A DNA stretch of 63,644 nt, filler included, from Octopus bimaculoides (taxonomy: Eukaryota): NCBI RefSeq assembly GCF_001194135.2. It is 6 parts of 6 records of this genome, joined end to end, with 100 filler letters (N's around TTAATTAATTAA, not from the genome) between each part and the next. Parts side by side here need not be neighbours in the genome. Positions count along the whole stretch, not along the records: positions 39,865 to 57,210 come from NC_068983.1; positions 57,311 to 62,370 come from NW_026390128.1; positions 62,471 to 63,644 come from NW_026348491.1; 3 more parts are not named here. One strand, given 5' to 3'. The notes beneath the pieces are model-generated. The model searched no databases and had not been told where the DNA came from. It saw nothing but the letters and a program-made list of their open reading frames with translations. The position numbers and the translations under genes were made by a program. The first letter of the stretch is position 1; each line of letters begins with the position of its first letter. Below are positions 52,882-63,644 of this stretch, in pieces.

Positions 52882-53923
52882 GTAAATAAAAACCTATATA
52901 TATTTTTTATTGTTTTATAATTAGCTTCTCTTGATGCAGAAACCTCATATTTGTTTATTTGTTACTGTTTTCAGTTGTTTGTAAGGGTGGATTATGATGA
53001 AATTAATTTGTTTTGTAAATAGTTGGAACTTAGGACTTATGAATAATATTTATGCCAAATTACGTATAAATATTATTAGCAGTGTCCCATAATAAGATAA
53101 TAGAGACACATCTGAAGGCTTCATATAAGGATTCAAAATTATGGTTATATGTTAAATCAGTGCTGCATCTAATGGAATACTTGTTAATTGTTCAATGCAT
53201 TTGTTGCTTATATATATATCTGTGAGCCATATTTTCTCATTTTCTGTCCTTGTATTTGTGAAAGGAGAAGTAATGCTCATAATCTTTCCTTGGTCTCTCT
53301 CCCACACTGATGAAGGTAAATCACCTGATATTCAACTTGAAGTTGGGGATGATGTGTTTGATGCTATGCCCAAAAGGTTGATTTTCTTGTTTGAACGGAG
53401 ACACAACACTTGAGCTATCCATCCTTTTATCCACTAAGCTGGCTGCAACTGTCTTAATATAGTTGCTAATCAGTGTGATGGTATGGTGATACTGCTTGAA
53501 ATAACAGTATAATTTTTTATTGTTCATTTCTTGCAGTCACTCTTATTGGACTTTATCATTGACAATTATTGATATCTCAAATATTACCAAATTTTGTAAT
53601 TTGCAATCGTACTTGTCTGAATCAATTAGTAGAGAAGATAACTCATGTTCTGGTGAGCAAGAAGTCAATACTTTTATGTTACAAATAATAGAAAAAAAAA
53701 AATGAAAATACTGCAGTGAGTTTTTAGTTAACGTAGCATAATGTTCAGAAGGGTTTGTGTTGTTTTGCATCAAATTTTCTTTAATTAGGAAATATTATTT
53801 GAACACTATTATGTACGATGGGAAACACCTTCCATGATCAACTTTTATTTTCTTAATTTAAAAGTTGCTACATGCTCTAATCTTAAATCTGTAAAGCTTT
53901 ACTGTTTTGCATTTTTTTTGCAG

Positions 53924-54006
53924 AGTATTTGGACTGTCACCAGATTTTAAGGAAGGTGTTGTATTTAGTACATACGCAACACTTGTCTCTTCTGTTCAGA
54001 GAGGTG
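53924..54006 (+). CDS. SBNO: SBNO-family exon (RVFGLSPDFKEGVVFSTYATLVSSVQRG)
   Basis: Acceptor ttttttgcag and donor GTAAGT; phase 2-1. Contains the GV.FSTY..L motif. Confidence 0.94.
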
Positions 54007-55558
54007 GTAAGTAATTTTAATGTATTAATGTTTCAAAATACATGATTATCAGTTTTTAGATTTAATACATCATATTCCTACTTGTTAGAAGCAACCAAAA
54101 GAGTTGAGGTTAGGGAGAGGAATTTACTGTAAAGCTCTTCCTTTCAGAGCCCTGTCTAACACATAGCATGGAAAAACAGATATAAAAGAGATGGTGAAGA
54201 TATAAAATAAGTAGAAGTGTTTTTATCCAGAGAAATCAGTTGATTTATTTTTCATTTTGTATTCTCTGAACACTAACAAAGAAATTTAATATAGTTTGAT
54301 GGAATGGTTGAGAAAGCACTTTATATATCAGGAATATTAGTTGTACAAAAAACGTCTTTTAGTATGGTCATATAAAATGTATGTTAGATGAAATTTTACT
54401 TGGAATTTGTCGGATAAAAGCTAGGTGAAGGAAAGTTAGGATAAAGTAGCTTGATGAAATCTCAGAATATCAGGTTTTGGTAACTATTAGTTTTGTAGTT
54501 TCTTCAAGAGGGATTGTCAGTGGTGTTGATCCCAGTCTTTGTTTCAGTCTGGTCCTTATTTTATTGATTTTGCTTTATTGAACAATGGTAGACAATGTAT
54601 AGATAAACTTTCACACACAGATGATTGCCTTTTGCACAATTTCTGCCGTTCAAATTCCACCCACAAAGATATTGGTCAACCCAAAGCTATAGAAGAACAG
54701 CCCAAGGTGTTATGCATTGAAATTGAAGTTACAGACATGTTGTTGCAAAGCATACAGTCATGTTCACACCTAATTTATGTGAGCATGGAAAATTTCATAA
54801 AAGGTTTCTTCTTATGGTGATAATTTTTGTGGCCTTGATCTTGTGATCCCCTCTTGTACAGGGAATTAAATCAGACTAGAAGTTGAATTCTAATTTTGAA
54901 TGAGGCCACAAGAGAAATTTGTAGCTAGAAGTTACCACATTTCATTATATAATTTCCTGCTTTCAGTCACCACTCCTGTGTAATGTGAAACTTGTTTCAT
55001 GAGAGGCAATTGCAAATAAAAGTTTTTCACTTCCCAACATCTGCAATAAATTGTTTATGAATTCATTTATAATTTTTAGTTTAGAGACATGAACTGTGTT
55101 GCATTGATATGATATTTTTGTTGTCTCTGTTTTTCATCAAGTCTTCAGTGGTATTGATGTGCTTGTTATGCATAGTAGCATTTCATTTTATCAGGTTTAC
55201 AGTTTTGTTGCATACATTTTAAGATAGCATTGCTGATAACTTCGTCTTCAGCGATTCAAGGGAGGATACACTGGAAAGAGTTTTTATTGTCTTCTCCTGG
55301 TTCTGGAGATGATTTGAGTTTAGTATTGCTGATTAATAAATACCAGTTATCCAGTGCTCCACTGCATATAGCAGTCAATTGTACCTCAACCATAGACTGT
55401 ACCATTGAGATATACGTTATTGCCAAGGATACTATGCTGCTCTGTTTATGTGATACAAATAACTAGACTATTCTTCAGCTTGTGGTCAATACCTTATCAG
55501 TTCAGTCAAATATAACTCAGAAAGAGGTTTTATTAAATAATTCCTGTTTTTATTGCAG

Positions 55559-55674
55559 CTCTACGTGGTGGTAGACAAAGTCGATTGCAGCAACTAATAA
55601 ATTGGTGTGGAGGAAAAGATTTTGATGGTTGCCTCATCTTTGATGAATGCCATAAAGCGAAGAATTTTGTTCCT
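55559..55674 (+). CDS. SBNO: SBNO-family exon with Walker B ([39 protein letters not shown])
   Basis: Acceptor tttattgcag and donor GTAGGT; phase 1-0. Contains the SRL.QL..W.G..FDG...FDECHKAKN signature. Confidence 0.96.
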
Positions 55675-57149
55675 GTAGGTATTTCATATTAAATGAAAGA
55701 GGAATGTTTTTAAAGAAAGAGTAATATTGTCATTCTATGTTTTATTTAGTTCATTGAAGGTTTTGATTCTTTTGTCATTATGTTTATTGTTGTGTTTTTC
55801 TTGTGAATTCTTTATAAATTTATAGATTTGTTAGAATTTTATTTCATATTGGATTTAAGAGACATATCTCTACATATCCAAAACAAGATTTTCTAATTTA
55901 GTTTATTTAGAACTAGTAATCACTTAGTAAAATGTTAACTATTAGGAACATCTAATTTATTCTAAATAATTCAATTGTCATTGAGAATTGAGTTTAAAAT
56001 TTATTTATAGGTGTATCTATTAAATTCATTGAAGACTTATTTATATTGAATCAAAGACAAATGTAGCCATACAATTATATAAGGACATATATCTCTACAC
56101 TCTGTGAGTGGTTGGCGTTAGGAAGGGCATCCAGCTGTAGAAACTCTGCCAAGTTAGATTGGAGCCTGGTGTTGCCATCCGGTTTCACCAGTCCTCAGTC
56201 AAATCGTCCAACCCATGCTAGCATGGAAAGCGGACATTAAACGATGATGATGATGATGATGATATCTATTAAATATTCAAGTTTTCTTTTGGTTATGAAC
56301 TCCATTCTTTTAAGATTTGCTTAAAAGAGAGATACTAAGACCATTTACTTGAATCTATAACTACAAATCAAATCATTGATTTTCATTTGAAATTTGTTCA
56401 GGATTTTAATCTTGATTTAATATTGTATAATATAAAAATTATGTTGTGAAATAACCATAATATCTTTGAGAATATTTCTTCCCACTTTGGTTTCTTGGTG
56501 AGTGAATCAGTCAAAGAAATAGGTAATTAAAAAAATATTATTGAAGTTACAGTCTGAAATTTTATGAAGTAATCTTATTCTTGAGTTGTTAATTTACATT
56601 TAATATCCACTGATTAAGTCAGATATCTGTACATTCATGACTACTTGTTAAGTTCAGTCTAATATTACTAGATTCCTTGAAAGATTGTATTTAGTTGTTT
56701 CTAACTGTACTCAGTAGTCATGACTACAGTGAATATTAAACATGAATTCATGTCATAAGGTTAATCTTAGTCTTACATTCTGATCTTTGGGATTTATTCA
56801 TGTATAAATAGCAATACATTTAGATGCTGAGGTGAAATACAACAGATCAATCTAACATTTACTGTGGTTCAGAGAGGGAGCAAGTCATCTTTGACAGCTT
56901 GGATACTACTATTAGGGGTCATTCTATCTGCTGTTCTTAGATGGTTGTTCAAAATTCTGGTGACTCTATGTGAGTATCAGAAGGTAGAATATACTTTCAG
57001 AAGATGCAGCAGAAGTCAATTCTGAGAATTGAATTCAAATTCTATTTACACTTTTGTTTTTTTCTGAATCTTTATATGAATTCTGTTTATTCTTAAGATG
57101 TGGATTGAAATTTTACTTATCTTCCACCTCAAATTTGTTTCTGTTCTAG

Positions 57150-57202
57150 GGCCGTGAGCATGCCAGTACTAAAGTTGCTAACGCTGTTATGACTATTCAA
57201 AG
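57150..57202 (+). CDS. SBNO: SBNO-family exon (GREHASTKVANAVMTIQ), last exon visible before a scaffold linker
   Basis: Acceptor ctgttctag and donor GTAAAT; phase 0-2. Corresponds to the STK...AV..LQ segment that follows DECH. The expected next exon (ARV.Y.SATG) was not found in the window. Confidence 0.9.
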
Positions 57203-57210
57203 GTAAATTA

Positions 57211-57310
57211 NNNNNNNNNNNNNNNNNNNNNNNNNNNNNNNNNNNNNNNNNNNNTTAATTAATTAANNNNNNNNNNNNNNNNNNNNNNNNNNNNNNNNNN
57301 NNNNNNNNNN
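57211..57310. other. Artificial scaffold linker (44 N + TTAATTAATTAA + 44 N); identical linkers at 17033-17132, 36744-36843, 39765-39864, 62371-62470
   Basis: Five exactly 100-bp structures. The 12-mer places stops in all six frames. Confidence 0.95.
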
Positions 57311-57409
57311 TACATTGTAGTAGGTTCACTTGAATACTTGCGCTTGTATGAATGTTTTTTGTATTTTATATGCCTTTTCTTAGACCGTGGACAACACTGA
57401 ACTAAATCT

Positions 57410-58200
57410 TTATGAAATATTTATTGAATTAATAAATATAGTTGGAGATATTCTTTGCCATGATATAATCAGAAGGCGTTGATCTCAAATGAAAACATAC
57501 CGGTGAGTATCCAGAAATGGATTCCATTCAATTAACTAAATTGAATTCAGAGCATAAACCCCAGAAAAAAATGTTAATTGTAAAGACTACCATATTATTG
57601 ATACGGTTATAAATGTCAGTTAGATGCCATTTTACACTGTACATTGTCGTACGCTCACACGTTGATCTGAAAATGCTGAGCTATGAGAAATTCACAAATA
57701 ATTACACAGTTCAGTCTTGTGCAAACACTGAATCGCTGGAAATCATTTTGATTAATATTTCTTCTGTGCACTGTGCATTCTGTCGTGTAGAGACTGGTAA
57801 GGATACCTTGACGCACAAAATTTCAAAACAAGTGAAATATCGCCTTTGTCACATTATATATTCTTTGTTGTTTTTATGCTACAATTGTGAAATGGCATGA
57901 AAAACACCATTATATCATTGTAGAAAAAAGCTTATGATCCTTAATATTCTTCTCATTATTTACATTGTACTATCAAAAGCACTGTTCAAATATCGAAATA
58001 CTTTCGTGAGTAGCTAATTCAGTGACGTAAAAATGGGAGACTTCAGACATGACTCTTCGATCTTTCGATTTAGACACACAGATTATGGTTATAGACTTGA
58101 AATATTCAAATGTATTGCATACTTCTCAAATGGTAAATCCATGTTACATTTCTACTTAAACAGCAGTCATTGTCACATTCCGCAGACATACCTTAATAAT
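57410..58200 (+). pseudogene. Possible decayed class A GPCR relic
   Basis: One frame with stops: NIVGDILCHDIIRRR..MKT (TM1/ICL1), RC...MLSYEKF (TM3; 80 aa from the TM1 G-D, as expected), LLFLCY (TM5-like), MVNPCY....FRR (TM7/H8). Confidence 0.33.
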
Positions 58201-58603
58201 CAATGGTATGGTGCGGTACGGTGGATTAATTTAAGAATTTAGCTGTTGTTTCTATCAGGTAGATGCTAGTTAAGCATTATGACGCTTCGTGCAAATTTAT
58301 AATTCATAGCTATTTAATGCTATTGCGTCTTCGATCCACCTGTGTCACTGCTGGTGATATCATCAATTTAAAAATTTATCCACAGATGATATGAACATCT
58401 GTGGCATCTGATTTTAAATCTCAGTGTTTGAATGTTTTGCTTACACACACACACACACACACACANNNNNNNNNNNNNNNNNNNNNNNNNNNNNNNNNNN
58501 NNNNNNNNNNNNNNNNNNNNNNNNNNNNNNNNNNNNNNNNNNNNNNNNNNNNNNNNNNNNNNNNNNNNNNNNNNNNNNNNNNNNNNNNNNNNNNNNNNNN
58601 NNN

Positions 58604-58646
<43 letters not shown>

Positions 58647-59014
58647 CCACGGCAAACAATGTGGATGCAACTTCATGAACTTTGTGGAAAGCAAAGAAAA
58701 GATGACTGTAATTTATAAGAAAAGCATATCAGCGTTGTTTTAGTACTTCCTGTATTTCTTATCGTTTTGATGTTCTGAAATGCAAATTCATGCAAAGAAG
58801 AAGCTAAGTGAATAGTGTATGTAAACACTTTTGAAATCATAATGAAGCAAATCCCATGAACTTCTGTCAGAAATCTCAATCGAGTTGCATTAATTTCAAA
58901 AATAAAACATACACGGTTGAAGGTTTTTTTTGAAAACCCGTTTGATTCATTGTGATATCTGTTTATTAGAGCTAAAAATCTTGACTTAGGTTTTTAAAAC
59001 AGTTTTGTGTACTT

Positions 59015-59990
59015 TTTGACATAGTAGCATAATTGGAAATGTATTAGCTATAGAATGTATTTAAAGTTGTATGTCATTAATAACATCAATTGCAAATTAT
59101 GGAAAGCCACTCATTTTGTAGTGAAGTATGTTTAGCGACCGTTATATAACCTGACTACGTCTAACAGTTTCAGTATCTAAAATAGATTTACAGCCATACC
59201 TGAGAGACCATGATATTAAAAAGGCAATTGTCCCTCTCTGTTTATGGTATCTACTACACGGTTTTTCAATACAATATACATATTGCTCAACATTCACCCT
59301 CCTACATGCCATAGAACCGATTGAATTGCGCTGGCAAAATTGAAAACTAATTCAATAGTTCGATATTATAGAAAATGGATCGAGAACCAATTCCCTGCAT
59401 CATTGTTTTTTTTTTTTTTAATGTTGAAGCAATATAGTAGCTGCTAAAAGTACGAGATCACTAAAATCAAAAGAGTTCTATTAAATACTACAATATATTC
59501 CAGTATTTCTCCATTATATCTATAGCAAACTATATTAAGATTAGGGACAAAATGTTTCGACTTGGGTTTTAACGTACATTCTCTAGTAAGTTACTTACCA
59601 TCTAGTTTCATTATCATTTATCTCATATGGAAATTGTCTAATTGTTGTGGATTCAGTAAAGGTTATAACATATCATCCTTCTGCGCAAACAGTGGACGCG
59701 ATACGGTGTCTTCTAAGAGAAGCTTTGCTATTTTCTTTGATCAACGTATTTCGTACACTTTTCTTAGGACAAAAAACAATTGCAATGTTATTCTCTCTTT
59801 CTTTCTCTCTCGCCATCTGTCTCCTCTCCTTCAGGCAATACTACAATTTCTCTATTACTCCCTTACTACAAAATTTATATATCAACATGGTGATGAATAT
59901 TAGTCATGTTGCTTGTCTCTAAATACTGTTATATTTATCACTGAATATTTCGAAATGCTATATAACGTAAAATTACTGGCTTTAGAAATT
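59015..59990 (+). pseudogene. Heavily decayed intronless class A GPCR relic
   Basis: Ordered motifs: SIIGNVLAI (TM1), NY..LIL..S.FSD (TM2), LC.WY...CSTFTLL.AIE (TM3), KCF..SYLPSSFIIIYLIWK (ECL2/TM5), QKTIAMLFSLSFSLAICLLSF (TM6), ISHVAC/NTVIFI (TM7). Many stops and frameshifts. Confidence 0.5.
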
Positions 59991-61247
59991 CGGGTTCTCT
60001 TTGCGTATGTGAGTGATCCTGTAAAAGATGAAACGCATTTATCAAGGCTAAATAAGAGGTGTTTTCTGTTTCCCTCTATATTATTCAGCAAGATCATAGT
60101 CTATATTGGAGCCGATATTTTATTTCTATTTGGGAGATTTAGATATTGACACATCAGTTCTTTTGAATATATACTGATCATCGATGTACCTTACTATGTA
60201 GTACGGTTTTTCGTACCATGAATCTTTGTTTTATAGACTCCAATGTATATTAACATTTCCGAGATCGCTTATTGTAGTAAACTCTCTTACACAATGTTAT
60301 TTCTAAACAGCTGGCTCTTTTCTGTCCTTATGAAGGTGAATAATAATAACACCACGATATTTATTTCCGATTAAGACCAATTGTTTGCATATACTGTACA
60401 AAGCGTTAATGTTAATTATAATTTACAGGCATTGAGACAGATTTATTATGATTACGAATTGTTTAGTTTTACCACAGAGATATAGGATTTGCACACTTCA
60501 GTTGAACTTGCAGAATTTCAAGTATAATGTCTTATGACACTACACTAATCCGATTAACACGAACATGAAAAGTTCATACAAAGATGAATTACTTTATTCT
60601 GTTTCATTTCTGTAGTTAGTTTGAAGTTCACAACGTCTACACCGCCAACAATAATGATGACTCATCAAATGATAATACTACTCTGTTCTAATAAATGCAG
60701 AAAACAAATGTTCCAGGACACAAATATAAAGGTATATGTCCTAATAAATCATTAGTCAGGCAAATGAGCGAAACGTGATTGAATATTTCCATACGCTGTG
60801 TTGGTGTTAGCATTAGTGGATGACATAAATAAAGTTTGTATTGCTGTTGTATGTGTTTTTATTTGCCCAAGCATTTTATCACTGAGTGTCTTTATTTGCG
60901 CATGCGTATATCCCTGTGTATGTCTAGGTTTAGTAAGTGTGTAAGTGGGAATGTGTGTGGTATTCGCATTTTCATTACCCCCTGTTTATTCACGTTCGTT
61001 TAACTTTTATTTTTTTAATTCATTTGTTTTTATCTACTTACATTTTGATTTCTTTCTTTCTTTTTGTATCATTTTAATTTAATTTAATTTATTTTGAATA
61101 TGTATATAATTATTTAATTCCATTCATTTATCTGTGTATTGTATTAGATTCATATTATTATGAGTTTACGAGGATCTTATTCTGTTATAGATCTATGGCG
61201 TGTGGTTGTGTTCGTGATAGTGTTCCATTCTAGTTTTCTAGAGACTA

Positions 61248-61282
<35 letters not shown>

Positions 61283-62203
61283 NNNNNNNNNNNNNNNNNN
61301 NNNNNNNNNNNNNNNNNNNNNNNNNNNNNNNNNNNNNNNNNNNNNNNNNNNNNNNNNNNNNNNNNNNNNNNNNNNNNNNNNNNNNNNNNNNNNNNNNNNN
61401 NNNNNNNNNNNNNNNNNNNNNNNNNNNNNNNNNNNNNNNNNNNNNNNNNNNNNNNNNNNNNNNNNNNNNNNNNNNNNNNNNNNNNNNNNNNNNNNNNNNN
61501 NNNNNNNNNNNNNNNNNNNNNNNNNNNNNNNNNNNNNNNNNNNNNNNNNNNNNNNNNNNNNNNNNNNNNNNNNNNNNNNNNNNNNNNNNNNNNNNNNNNN
61601 NNNNNNNNNNNNNNNNNNNNNNNNNNNNNNNNNNNNNNNNNNNNNNNNNNNNNNNNNNNNNNNNNNNNNNNNNNNNNNNNNNNNNNNNNNNNNNNNNNNN
61701 NNNNNNNNNNNNNNNNNNNNNNNNNNNNNNNNNNNNNNNNNNNNNNNNNNNNNNNNNNNNNNNNNNNNNNNNNNNNNNNNNNNNNNNNNNNNNNNNNNNN
61801 NNNNNNNNNNNNNNNNNNNNNNNNNNNNNNNNNNNNNNNNNNNNNNNNNNNNNNNNNNNNNNNNNNNNNNNNNNNNNNNNNNNNNNNNNNNNNNNNNNNN
61901 NNNNNNNNNNNNNNNNNNNNNNNNNNNNNNNNNNNNNNNNNNNNNNNNNNNNNNNNNNNNNNNNNNNNNNNNNNNNNNNNNNNNNNNNNNNNNNNNNNNN
62001 NNNNNNNATATATATATATATTTATATATATATATATACAGGCTGTGTGGTAAGTAGCTTGCTTCCCAACCACATGGTTCTGGGTTCAGTCCTACTGCGT
62101 GGCACCCTGGGAAAGTGTCTTCCGCTATATACTCGGGCCAACGTAAGCCTTGAATGGATTTGGTAGACGAAAACTGAAACAATCCCGTCGTGTATGTATA
62201 TAT

Positions 62204-62234
<31 letters not shown>

Positions 62235-63644
62235 CATATAAAATGTATACATATATATATTATATTATATATACATATATATATATATACATATATATAT
62301 AATATATATATATATTATATTATATATATATGCATATATATATACATATATATACATATATATATATATANNNNNNNNNNNNNNNNNNNNNNNNNNNNNN
62401 NNNNNNNNNNNNNNTTAATTAATTAANNNNNNNNNNNNNNNNNNNNNNNNNNNNNNNNNNNNNNNNNNNNCCAAATCCACTCACAAGGCTTTGGTCAGTT
62501 CAAGGCTATAGTAGAAGACATATGCCCAAGGTGCCACACAGTAGGACTGAACCCGGAATCATGCGATTGAGAAGCAAGCTTTCACACAGTCATGCCTATT
62601 CTTTTACTTGTTTTACTCATTAGATCATGGCCATGCTTGAGCACTGTTTCCAAAGGTTTTAGTTGACCAAATCAACCCAATCAACCGCAAAACCTATTTC
62701 CAGTTCAGTACTTATATTCCATTAGCTTGTCTTTTGCTGAACTGTTGAGTTCAAGGGCACAAACGACCCAACACTAGTTGTCAAAACACACACACATAAA
62801 TACAAACTCACACATGAAGGGTTCTATAAAGTTTCTATCCACCAAATTCGCTCACAAACTATTAGGTGGCCTGGATTTGTAGTAAAAGACACTTGCCCAA
62901 GGTGTCAGACAGTGGGACTGAATCTGGAACTATCTGGTTGTAAAGTCAGCTTCTTAACCAAACAGCCAATTATACAATTTGTGAACAATGGTGTGATTGG
63001 TTATAAAATTTTCAAATGGTAAAACTGACTAGGGATTATCTGTATAACCCAGGTGGAACAAATATTACAATGAATTGCATGACTTTAACAGGACTTAAAC
63101 AATGGGACAAACTAAAATACTGAAAATGATTTCTTATATTAACATAAGGCTGCAACACTGGCCTTGCGCCAATAATGTACAAGTTATGATCAAGTCAATT
63201 GATTCCAGTACATGCCTACTACTTATTTTATCAACCCCAGAGATGTGAAAAAGTTGACTTGGACAGGAATTGAAACCCAGAACACAATGGAACAAACATC
63301 AGCTTCATAAGAACAAAGTTATTTTACTATACGCTTCATTATTTTCTAAATTAATTAGGGGGGGGGGGACTATATTTAAACAGAAATAATTAGGCTCAGG
63401 TGTGGCTGTGTGGTTTAGAAGCTCTCTTTGCAACCACTGAGCAGCACCTTGGGCAAGTCTCATTGCTTTGTGAGCGACTTTGGTAGATAGCAACTATGTA
63501 GAAGCCTAATCGTGTGTGTGTGTGCTTGTTTGTCACCCACCACCACTGCTTGACAACCAGTCTTATTTTGTTTACATCCCTACAACTTAGCAGATTGGTA
63601 TAAAAAAAAAAAGACAGAATAAGTACCAGACTTTAAAAAAAAAA

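Overview
This is AT-rich, microsatellite- and SINE-laden eukaryotic DNA. The repeat families (tRNA-derived SINEs, RTE 3' ends with (GAT)n tails) point to an octopod cephalopod; this is inferred from recalled repeat types, not from a search. The window is a mosaic of contigs joined by five artificial 100-bp linkers (44 N + TTAATTAATTAA + 44 N), so adjacency across them is uncertain. The clearest gene is a plus-strand strawberry-notch/FORGETTER1-family helicase-like gene with 8 phase-consistent exons at 41545-57202, cut off at a linker gap. The most intriguing feature is an uninterrupted 277-aa minus-strand ORF (34460-35293). It has a signal peptide, a near-canonical single EF-hand loop, long amphipathic helices and a Cys-rich tail, and I cannot assign it to any family. 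Also present: a probable divergent housekeeping promoter near 24.7-25.4 kb with candidate exons of unidentified genes; an inverted Penelope-like insertion with a 15-bp TSD whose two arms together reconstruct a minimal hammerhead ribozyme; a recent 260-bp inverted duplication in an SBNO intron; two to three heavily decayed class A GPCR relics; and mariner, hAT, piggyBac-like, Helentron-like, CR1-like, RTE and Tx1-like remnants. Most entries in the ORF track are artefacts of N-gaps, microsatellites or repeats.
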